From assembly GCF_032191835.1 (NCBI RefSeq), contig NC_083243.1:94674001-94738000 (forward strand): 64,000 nt of DNA, in the 5' to 3' direction. This stretch comes from Heteronotia binoei. Its lineage: Eukaryota. The notes beneath the pieces are model-generated. The model did no database searches and was not told where the DNA came from. It saw nothing but the letters and a program-made list of their open reading frames with translations. Positions 45,201 to 57,200 of the stretch are shown in pieces (the first letter of the stretch is position 1; each line of letters begins with the position of its first letter). The position numbers and the translations under genes were made by a program.

Positions 45201-48200
45201 GCAAATGGCCCTATTCTGCTTCCTTCGCCATTTTGCTGTTTCTCCACGTGATGTAGCCAAGCCAAGCAGCCTCTTGTTCTTTCCCCCTTCCGCCCTCCCT
45301 TCTCCCCAAGGGAGAAGGAGGGAAGAAGAGCATCAGCCAATGGAGGGGCTTGGCTCTGTAGCTCTGCTGTACAACTGATAGAACCTGGCTCTCTTAATCA
45401 AATAGCAGAGCTACAGAGCCAAGTTTTCCTGGGTACAACTGGGTTTCCTCTCACTTTTCACTGTATTCACTACTCTTAGAAAAGGCTATTGTTAGTTTAA
45501 CCCGTACTTGAGGTGTGTGGAGAAACGCCATCTGAGTTAATGTTGGTGCTTGGTTGGAGGGGAACATGAAACTACTAAAGCAGGCTTTGGGGCCTAGCCT
45601 TCCCTTCATCTCCCCCCTCCCTTCCAGAGTTAAACCAGCGCCTCTAGGGGGAAAGCCTCCTAGAGGGGCAGGAAGTTCTTTAGCCTTCCCCTCATTCCCT
45701 CCTCCCTTCTGGAGTTAAACCAGCAACTCTAGGGGGAAAGCCTCCTAGAGGGGCAGGAAGTTCTTTTGTTCTTTTTATTTGAGTTAGGCTGGAAAAGGGC
45801 AGTTCTCAGCTGGTCCTCAAAAAGAGAGGTTGTTAGTCTGTGGGCTTCTGACTGTGGGAGAGGCCTACTCAAGAGGAAGAGGACCCCAGGCAGTCAGACT
45901 GAGTAAGTAATTCACAAGATAGGGCAAGTTTACACCAGGGACGAGAGGATGCGTTTAAATCCACCTTTTATTTGTCCTTCTTGTTGCTGATCAGGTGCTG
46001 TGCTAAACTTTTACATGTAACTTTTTTTATTTTTTTCTTTCTCTTCTTATTAAACATTGTTACTGTTTTGAATGCTGGCAGTCAAACTCTGTACCACATA
46101 AATCCCCAACCGCTTAGACCACGCTGCTTTATGAAGGGGGCCCTGGGGAAGGGGGAAGGCATGCAGTTGGATAAGGTGCCAATCCTCCAGGGGTTCCCTG
46201 AAGAAGTGCTGTGGTCCCTGTGATACCCAAGTACAGGGTGGCAGAGGACCTTGAGGCCTGGCCTCATAGCTGGAGAGGGGGATTGGGAGTCCTGTTCCTC
46301 TCAATCTGAACCCCTAGACTGAGCAGGTGGTGGCAGCGAGCCCAAGTGGCCGGAGGAGAAATAGCTCCCTCCAGGAGTTGGCGACTCAATAGGGAGTTGA
46401 CGGGACCGGGTCTGAAGGCAGAATCGGGCCGGTTCCATCACAAGGTGTATACAAGTATCTGAACAGAGTATCTGAACAGAGCAGACTCCAGCTTCATTCC
46501 ACAGAAAAATGTTATTTTAACACATGTGGAACATTACAACGGACTCTAATTTATTACTCTTAACAACTAAGAAACCTAATGACATCGATATCAATCTCCA
46601 ATTCTGACGCCCAATCAACTTAAACTGACGATTACCAGACCCCAACAATTTTCACTGCCTGCTCTGTATATATGTAGGACTGCTAATTCCATCCCATACT
46701 ATTGTCTGATGACGTGTGCTTTTAGCACACGAAAGCTTTTGTTTTCAATAAAACTTTGTTGGTCTTAATGGTGCTACTGGACTCCAACTTTGCTATTATT
46801 TACTCCATGCTACATATACCAGCCCAGCGACACTGTTTATGATTCTGCTGAAAATGTTTTTGCCATCACCAATATCTGCTTTACAGATAATCCATGATGT
46901 ATGAGTAGGCAGACACCTAGAGGAGTGTGACGGAATTGGAAGGGTTAATAGAAAAGCTAAGGACTCAGGGAGTCTGAGTCATGTGATCTGAGGATGGGGG
47001 TCGGAGTGCTTGGAACTCTCAGGATGAGTGAGTGACAGATAACGGCTGGAGAATCCACTGTCAGCAACTGTCAAAGGGAGACAGTTGAAGTGGGCAGTAG
47101 ATGGTCAGAAGGAGAGCTGAAGAGAGAGCTGTGAAGAGACTTCTGGTGAAGTGAAGCTCGCTGTTAGCTCTGTGGAGACAGCCAGGTGGCTGAGAGTGAC
47201 AATCGAGTGTCACAGTGAAAGACCTGAGTAGTCACAGAAATATTTACACTACTCTTAAGAACTAACAAGGTTGCTGAGGGAGAGATGTGGGTCTGAGGGA
47301 GTCAGGAGGGCTGGGAGCAGACGCACCAGTCACCTCAAGAGACCAGACACATAAAGCCCAAGAGGCCAACCTAATTAGAGTTTGGAGAGTGAAAATATAA
47401 GAACTGTGGACCTTGAGATACCTCAGTGAACCTCTGTAAAGCCTGAACTGTTTAGCAAGTGTTATTCATCCAAGATACAAAATAGCCTATGTGAATACAT
47501 CCCTTCCCCCCAGCTGAAGACTGTGTGTAAATAAAAATCTGTGGTTAATTGTTAAATTCTCTGGTGCCTGAGTATTTGGAATCAGCAGCAAATCAGCAGT
47601 GGTCCCCTACATACATAGTTATCCATCTATCTGAAAATAAAAGAGAACCCCAAAGAGACTAGAAATCCTAATTATACCCACCCCCTTTACTCAGTAGTCG
47701 TGAGGTAAAACCAGAAGGAAGAAATAAAGTCTGGGGTCCATAAGTCGCCTTAAGTGGTGCAGGGCAGTCATAAAGAGTTCTATCATTTTTCCATTCTCTT
47801 CGCTTCCCCATATGCTTTCAAGTAAAATGGAACCCAAATGATTATGCCAACAATATATTGAACCTACTTCATTTGCAGACAGCAGTGAATTATTTCTCAA
47901 TATGTTAGATTTCAAAGGATAATCAAATTATCAAAAGGTTCAATTATGAAGCTGAATAAGGGTCCCTGCCCTTCTAACTCTGCACCAAGCATCATGATAG
48001 TCATGGCCAGACTAAGGTATAGACATCACATGCATTGCTTGGCCCTCAAGATACCATAGAATAAAGGTGCCATTACCTTCATACCTACAAGAAAGTCTCC
48101 AGGACTCTTCTGGAATGCACAGGAACAGAGGAGATAAACTCAAGTTACTGGAGAAAAAGCACTTGGCCCATATCTTGGCAGACATATGCCAAGTTCATGG

Positions 48201-51200
48201 AGACTCCAGACACATCTACACAAGGGGTGTACACGAACCAGAAAAATTGAGATTCGGGGTTTTCATGAACCACCAAACCATAAACTTCCACAAACTTCTC
48301 CATTGCATGAACTAGTTCGTGCTTCAGGAAGTTTGTGGGAAGCAGCCCCACCCAGAGGTGAGCTCCAAAGGCATTTCAAACACTTCAGTGCTCACTTCCG
48401 GTAGGGCAGCCTGACCCGGAAGTAATCTCTAAAGGCATTTCAATGCCTTCAGAGCTCACTCGGGTCGGGCCACGCACCGGTGGTGGGCTCCAATAGCATT
48501 TAAATAACTTTGGAGATCACTTCCAGTTGTGCCGCCAGACCTGGAAATAAGCTCCAAAGGTATTTAAATGCCTTTGGAGCCTGGACGTATCCTTCCATGA
48601 AACTCACAAACCTTCATTAAAATATGGAGGTTTGTGAGCGGATCATGGGAACTGAACCTCTGGTTCATGCTCGAACTGGGGTTTGTCAGTTTGTGCCCAT
48701 CCCTAATCCACACTTATGCACTTGGTACTAGACTAATTAGCTTTGAAGTTGATCTACTACAGGTTCTTGAAATTAGTTAGCAAACTTATCGTCATATTTA
48801 TTCCTTCAGAATTACTTTGAACAAATGCTAGAAGGCTATAAAATACCCTCTTTAAAAAAAACCTGGATAATACAATGAAAAGGGATAATGTAATCTTGTA
48901 AACTGCTAGTCTAACTGCTTCCCACACCCCATTCCATGGAACCATTCGCACTGTGTTTGCTAGTCACTTTCTTGGTGAGGGGGGTGAGAAGAATGGAAGA
49001 GCTACCAGTTTCTAATAATTTTTAACAACCATTTGGAGCACACAAGAATGCCGTAGAATTGCCTTGACAAGTCTGATCACATCAGATCTCAGAAGCTGAG
49101 AAGAGTCAACTCTGGCAAGTGCTTGGGTGGGAGACCTCCTTGAAATACCAGAGGTGGGAGGCCACTTCTCTGAATATCCTCCAGGTCCTCAATAGGAGTC
49201 AGTCACCAGAGGTTGTCATGACTTCAGGGTGCACACACACATGCATATATTAAAAATACAAACAACCCCCTGCCCCCCCCCCAAAAAGTGCTGTAGGACA
49301 ATAATAATTTTAAGGACTACTTACAGAACTGCAGGTTTCAAACCATTACATAAAACCTGTCTCTCAACAACAGAACAAAATATTCCCAGCTACCCATACA
49401 ACATGCATATATTCAGTACTTTCAGGGTCAACTTGGGCAATGTCCCAAACATTACAGAGTTCCTTCCAACTGCACTAAACTTCCTCTAACTCAAAATACA
49501 GGATGTGAATATGACAGACACACCTGGATCTGCCTTCCTGGCATCAAAGGACACGGACAAAATAAGCAATATTCCATATTGAAGTGTTCAGCATCTTTCT
49601 ATGGTGGTATTCATTTTACAGTTTTCCTGCAGCTGTTCTAGTTAATGCATGGTATCTGCTCTTTGCCAATTTACCTTGAGGGAAAGACAGCTGCTTTTTA
49701 GAGGAAAGTATTTAGTGAAACATGGCAAAGCAGTAATTTCATTCCATTCTGACAATCAATGCCTAACATGTCTGAATTGAGTAAACACAAAGCAGTCACA
49801 CAATAATACAGGATCAATTCACATGTGTCATGAGCCTAGGCTTAATGTGGCCTACAAGCTCCAGGGAAGCTTGTATTAAAGTAGCTATAGGCCTACATTT
49901 CCCAAGATCCATTCTGTCCCTCTAACTGGGAGGACAGATGTTTTGGAGGGAAAACTTGCCCCACTGGAGACCAGAGAGGTGGGACCTGGGATAAAAGAAT
50001 AAAAGACCAGCTAGAGAAGGTGGGTTGTCCTCTCTGGAAAGGCTGAGCTGGAGAGAGGGATGCAGCTAGGAGAGTTCCCTCATCCAAAGAGTGGTGAGTC
50101 AGTTGGAATCAAAAAGAAAGGAACATATAGCTAGTCATATCAGGACTTTTTATGTTTTTACGCCTTTACTGTTTTTCCACATTCACTATTGCAGTAAAAG
50201 TTACAATCCACTTGTTTGTTCTTAAGCACTTAAATAAACTTATTGTTGTTATACTGCCTGAGTCTGCACGCCTCTTTCTTCACAGATAATAGATGCTTGC
50301 TGAGAAGACAGGGGTTGGGTGGGTGCCCTCCCAGACAGACCCTTACCAGATTGGTAGCAGCTAGTAGAAGGCCCTCCCTTCTCCCTCCCTGCATGTGACA
50401 ATATGTTACATATTTCACCTGACATAAATATTAATACTCATGTCTAAAATGATGTGTAAAAAATACCACATACAGTTGGCCAAGCATGTCTATTTGCTTC
50501 TGACACTGAACCACTGCAAAGAGTGTTTCTAACACTTTAAACATTTATTAGCTATCTTCTTAACTCACCGAGCTTCTTTTTAAAAGTTTCCTTCTTCAAA
50601 CTAGATTACATCTCACTCTTGGGCACTGGTTTCCAGAAGGAGTATAAATACACTGAATTTATTTTCATCCATAGACTAATATATGCACATGCTTAAAGCT
50701 TCACTAAATTTCTGCATATTTGCCACTTCCATGAAAGATCTTCCTCACACACACAATTTTTGGGGGGTGGTGGTATTTTGTTTATTTATATGTGCATGTG
50801 TGTGTGAGTGTGCGCACCTGGAAGTCATGGTGACTGACCCCTACTGGTGGCCTAGAGAATATTCAGGGAGATGGCTGAATGAAGCCTGACCCCGCCTCCC
50901 ACCTCTGGTATTCCAAGGAGGTTTCCCATCCAAGTACTTGCCAGAGTCGGCCCTGCTTAGCTTCCAAGATCTGATGAGATCAGGCTTGCCTGGGCTATTC
51001 AGGCCAGAGCCTCACACACACAATTCTTGCACAACCCACCCATCTACCCCATTACCAAAAGTAATCTGTGAGCTCTTAAGCTTTCTCTGAGTGTTTTAGC
51101 TAACTTAATATACATGCATACATATGTATGCATTAACAGAGTCTATAAATGCCAGGGGTTTAGTTAGCCTTAAAGTCAATCTAATCTGCATTTGGAAGCA

Positions 51201-54200
51201 GAAATTTCTGCTAAGAAATCCCCCCAAAAGGATCAGTGTGCTGACACTTTTTCAGAGTAAACACTATGATGACTATAGGTCTTTGCAAAATTACTCATTC
51301 TTCTGTTTTAATGGCTCTTCTTCCCTTTTCAGCTTTTTTTTTTGTATTTGTGTTCTAAATGGTAAATTGTTTCTAAACTTGTACTTTATACAAGCTGTTT
51401 TAAAAGCCAATTTCTGAGGATAAAAGGCAGGGTGCAAACTTTAAAATAAAAACAGAACATCGACTGTCCAAGTTCTGAATGAATATTTCTAATGGGACAA
51501 CAAAAATCTGTACAGTTCTTATGTCTATGCTGCCTTCTACTGGGACAAGGCAGAGATGGATATAAACGGATTGCATCTTACTCCCAGCTGTTGGTACTGG
51601 CGAAGACCCGGATTGCATTCCCATTAAAATCCTGGAGGACAGTAGTTCCATCAAGTGATGATGTATACAGCTCACTGGGATTAAAAGGGTTAAACTTCAT
51701 TCCTGTGATGGACCCTCCAGCTCCCACCTACAAGGAAGAGGATGAATAAAACAGAAATTCACTCAGTGAAGGAAGAAAGTCCCTCTGCATATATCAGCAC
51801 CAATTCAGAGCTCAGCTTCTACAACAGATTGCTTTTATTTCTACATAACAGTAACCAAGATAACCAAAAATCTTTACAGATGGAGAGGGTTTCCAGTACT
51901 TCCAAGCAACTGCTATACAAAGTTACTGCTATGGTGGACAGTTATGCTGCCAAGCTACACGTTGAGTGGTATTAAATACTATTAAGTACTGAGTACACCA
52001 TTATCTGGGACTGGGGAGTCATCTAGTCTCTGGGGAGGGTCATCAAAAACTGCATCATTGCTGAGGGAACTTTAATTGTTTTATGATACTTTTAATGAAT
52101 GTATACAGGTTAGATATGCATTTTGTTTTGCATACGTAAGGGTAAAATGACAGTACAGAAGTTTAAGCAACAAAAAATGAAAAATACTAAAGCTTGAAGC
52201 AAGTACAGTCATGGTATAGGAAAGGAAAGGTGCCCTGTGCAAGCACCAGCCATTTCCAACTCTGGGGTGACGTTGCTTTCACGTTTTCATGGCAGACTTT
52301 TTACGGGGTGGTTTGCCATTGCCTTCCCCAGTCATCTACACTTTCCCCCCAGCAAGCTGGGTACTCATTTTACCGACCTCAGAAGGATGGAAGGCTGAGT
52401 CAACCTCGAGCCAGCTACCTAAAAACCCAGCTTCCACCGGGGATCAAACTCAGGGCATGAGCAGAGCTTAGGACTGCAGTTCTGCAGCTTTAACACTCTG
52501 CTCCACATGGTATAGGGAGGGTGCAAAACCAAAACAATGTTAAAAGAGATCAGTTACACTAACTAGCAGTCTCGTGAGGAAGACAGTGCAAGATGGAGAT
52601 GGTATCAGAAAAATTGTTCTGTGTAGCACAGTGGGCCGGAAGAATGAGAGGTTCTGTTTTTGCTGCTGCTTTACTTGTTCTTAATGCTGAGCACAGTTAA
52701 CAAGAAAAATCAATATTGAATTGTTGACTAGAGCATTAGTCTTTGGCTTTTCTAGGTTTTTAATCATAACATTTCATACTTCAGAACAGAGATAAATACC
52801 TATCCAAATAATAACTGCAGCAAAAGGTGGTTTTTTGCAGGAAGTGAGGCTATGAATCTCCAGACTACCAGGGGCGGAATTCTAGCAGGAGCTCATTTGC
52901 ATATTAGGCCACACACCCCTAATGTAGCCAATCCTCCAAGAGTTTACAGTAGGCCCTGTAATAAGAGCCCTGTAAGCTCTTGGAGGATTGGCTACATCAG
53001 GGGTGTGTGGCCTAATATGCAAAGGAGTTCCTGCTAGAATTCCACCTCTGCAGACTACTAATCTTCATCACCATTTTATGTGTTCAGGCTCTAAAAAATG
53101 GGGCAGTAATACACAGATCCAGTCCAAAGAGCTGCAAAACTATAATTTGTCAAGGTGTGTTTTTTAAGTCCATGCAGTACAGTCAAAAGAACAACTGAAT
53201 ATATCACCAGGTGCAGTGACTTCCTTCCACTCAGTAAAGTGCTTTCTCACCTAAAAGGAAGCAAAGAGAACACTCCAAAAATAAATGAAATATCTCCCTG
53301 TGTCTTAAAGATATCTTGTCAATATCACCTACATCCCCCTTTTCCTAATCCTTCCCTTTGTATAGAAAATCAAACACCTTCAACATACCCCTTCCTTGGG
53401 GCATGGCAATTTAGCAATGGTAATCCATGCTATGGTCACCTCGAAAATAGATTACTGTAATGCCCTCTACATGGGGCTGCCCTTGACTCGAACTTGGAAA
53501 CTACAGACAGTGCAGAATCCTACAGCGCGGTTGTTAATGGGGCTCCATCAATGAGAGCACATTCAACTGGTGCTGAAAGAGCTGCACTGGCTACCTATTG
53601 CATTCTGAATCCATTTCAAGGTGCTGGTATTGATCTTTAAAGCCCTATGTAGTGGAACTGGCCTGATTCAATCTTCAGACCCAGTCCTGTCAACTCCCTT
53701 TTGGGTTGCCGACTCCTGGAGGGAGCTAATCTTCTTCCTGCCACTTGGATGTGTTTGCCACCACCTTCTCAATTTAGGGGTTCCTGACTGATCCCCCTTG
53801 CCAGTTCTGACGTCTGGCCTCAAGGTCTTCTGCCAACCCAGCACCTGGCTATCACAGAGACCAAAGTCCTTCTTTGGGAGACCCCTGGAGGACTGGCACC
53901 CTTGCCAACTGCATGCCTTCCCCCTTCCCTGGACTCCCCTCCAGTAGCGTGGTCTAAGGCGGTTGGGGAAAGGATGGGGTACAGAGGTACTCCAGATTAT
54001 AACAAACAAATATTTATTTACATTATGTAACTATTTACAGGCATTTTTTTTTAAAGTGAACAGAAGCAACAAATCATAGTAGGGGAAAAATGCTCCTTCT
54101 CTCCCTGTTCCAATACTTGCCCTGACCATACCTTCCAGAACAGACAGACTCACCAACTCAACTGAACTTAAACTCAAACTGAGGTTTTCCCATCCAAGAT

Positions 54201-57200
54201 CTTCAATATAAAACCCAGTCCCCGCCCAGGATCTGGTTTACCCTCCTGCAGCTTTCTGGGAGACCAGCCTGAAAGATTTCCTGTCTCTCTAGAAGGCCTC
54301 CTCAGAATTGCTGCTTCCAGATAGAAGGGGAGGGGGGGAAGAGACTATAATATAATAAATTTTATTTGTACCCCGCCCTCCCCCGCCGAAGCAGGCTCAG
54401 GGCGGCTAACAATACGGTGACCAATGGTGCACCAACAATAAAACAGTTACACTAGAAACATTAAATTAACATTAAACTAACCTTAAAAGCCTGAATTAAA
54501 ACAATTAACTAAAACATTTTATGACGCTATCCTTGACACTCTTCTAGTTGATGCTGATGGCGGATTTTCAGTTATTCATAAGCTAATTTAAAAAGGGTGG
54601 TCTTGCAGGCCCTGCGGAACTGATCAAGGTTCCGCAGGGCCCGCACCTCCTCTGGGAGTTGGTTCCAGAGATGTGGGGCTGCGGCCGAAAAGGCCCGAGA
54701 GCGAGTATTCTGTAGTTTAATTTGTCTTGGCCCAGGGGTAGTCAGTCTGTTCTTTCCTACTGACCTCAGTGCTCTCTGGGGTTCATACGGGGAGAGACGG
54801 TCCCTCAGGTAGGCTGGTCCTCGGCCATATAGGGCTTTAAAGGTGATAACCAGCACTTTGTACTGGACCCGGTATACAATCGGTAACCAGTGCAGTTCGC
54901 GTAGCCCCGGCCGTACATGTTCCCATCTTGGGAGACCAAGTAACAGCCTGGCCGCCGCGTTCTGCACTAGCTGTAACTTCCGGGTCCGGCACAGAGGCAG
55001 CCCCATGTAGAGGGCGTTACAGTAGTCCAATCGTGAGGTGACCGTCGCATGGATCACCGTTGCTAGGTCCCGACGCTTCAGGAAAGGGGCCAACTGCTTT
55101 GCCCGCCTTAGGCCCAAAACCTTATTTGAGTATGAAAGCCTCTTCCTGCCAAGTCACAGAAAACCCTAGCCTAAAATGGCATTTCTCCACACCCTATATG
55201 GTTGAGGACCTGTCTATCTATGGGACTGCCTTTCCCTATATGTTCCCCAGAGAGCACTGTGTCTGGGAGCACAAAATCTATCCCCGGACCAAGGGAGGCC
55301 AAACTGAGCTCTACAAGGGCCAGGGCCTTTTTGGTGGCAAAACTATTCTGACTGGCCTATAATACCTAAATGGGAGAGGACTGCCACTTTAATACTTGCT
55401 GAGCAACATCAGTTATGAGGAACTGCAACCATCATAAGGACCACTGTCAGGAAAGAAGAAATGATGACATCAATATTAACTGGACTGCTGATTGAAGAAA
55501 GCTGTGATCCCACCTATATTAAGCTTTGAGTAGCACCATAATGTATCTTAATACATTATTTAAGTTTTATTTCTTAATCCTGTAACCCAAAATTGTTGGT
55601 TTAAATGATTGTTAGCCACCCTGAGTCCACTTGTGGAGAGGGCGGGATATAAATCCAAAGTCAATAAATAAAAATAAAATATCCTGTTCTGCTAACACAC
55701 ACTATGTGCTGACACTGCAGTCCACCTTTATAATGACTTACCCCTTTTATGAAGCAGGTTTTATTAAGCACGTCATAGTCCCACAGGATGATATCTCCAC
55801 CTTTGGAGCCCACAGCAACTGTGCTGGAATGAGTTGGATGCCACTCCAGACATGTAACTCTCCTATCAAAGGGACTTGCAGTTCTGAACAAGCAGTATGA
55901 GTTGAGGGAACGTATAAAAGGCATCTGGAGACACTGTTGCAGAGACAATGAGAAAAGGGGAATGCAGACCATGCAATTAAAAAGTGTTCTGCCAATACTG
56001 GTCTTCCACCTTTTTGCACGGCTGACAAAGGAGACTGGATCAAACTACACCCAGATGCATGAAATATGTATACTTTCTCCAATGTTTTCTTCTTCTTTCA
56101 TCCAAAGCAACTGAGGATGTTGCAGATTTCAATAATGCAACAGCAAGATAAGTGAAGAATAAACTCAATTGCACATTCAAAGTTGTTGTGGCAATCTGCT
56201 TCCCCCACCCCAAGAAGGAGGTGGAGAAAAGATAGACGTTCCCATACCTTTTCCTCAACACAACAGGGAGAACACAGTTGTAGGAAGAAAATTCTGAACA
56301 GAAAAATGGCTTGGAAGGAGAGGGCTAAAACAGCCACTCTGTCACTGAAACTCACACATTCAGAGACCATTTACAATTTTAAAAAGAAAGAAAATGTTGA
56401 CACATGATTACACTGTGTAGTTTGGCCTTATGGGGCCAGAATAAATAATCTGATGTAATCCCAAAGTTTTTTATTAAGTACATTCATAAGCCATTAGAAG
56501 AACTGATTGACTTATCACATTACAGGAAATCTAGTTTTAAAAGAGAGGTTGAGGAAGGCATTTTAGTGAGCTGACAATGGACTATTATTCTAATGAATGA
56601 CAAGGAAAAAGGCATGGGGAAATATGACAAGAAAAGAAACACGGCAACATGATGCAATGGTGTACAGTAGCATATACATGTGATAATATATGCAGTGAAC
56701 ATGCTAAGAAATGTCCCTACTCAAAACTTGTAAGAAGGACTTACACTAAACAAGATTCACAGATACTCTATTATGCATTTATAAAGCAGTGAAACGTAAG
56801 CATGAGTCCAATGGTCAGAAAAGTTGGCAAGAGTAGAGAATCTGTACTCTCTGCTTGTTCTATGTAGAATGCCCCAAATAAAAACATGAAGGGCGTTTTC
56901 GCACTGACTTTAATCAGCAGCGACGCCCCTCTTCACCGCGCAGGATCGGCGCGGATTTCACACTAATTGCCGCGGAGCACCCGGAAGAGCCGGAAAGTCC
57001 CGCGGCTTTTGCGGCACAAATGGAAACTGGTTTTTGGCGGTTTCCCTTTGCGCCGCAAAAGCCGCGGGACTTTCCGGCTCTTCCGGGTGCTCCGCGGCAA
57101 TTAGTGCGAAATCCGCGCCGATCCTGCATGGTGAAGAGGGGCGTCACTGCTGATTAAGGTCAGTGCGAAAACAGCCTCTGAGTTAAAAGGAGACTACAGG

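Noticed and set aside
48361-48580. CRISPR-like repeat-spacer pattern
   Set aside because: Vertebrate DNA, spacers similar to each other, lies inside a MITE, no cas genes
50880-51010. 5S rRNA gene
   Set aside because: Diverged 5S head fused to a SINE body and (CA)n tail; a second copy at 49050 confirms a SINE
53940-53970. tRNA-Leu-like motif gtagcgtggtctaaggcg inside the LTR (primer-binding site?)
   Set aside because: It lies within the LTR rather than just downstream, and matches the tRNA 5' half rather than the 3' end required of a PBS
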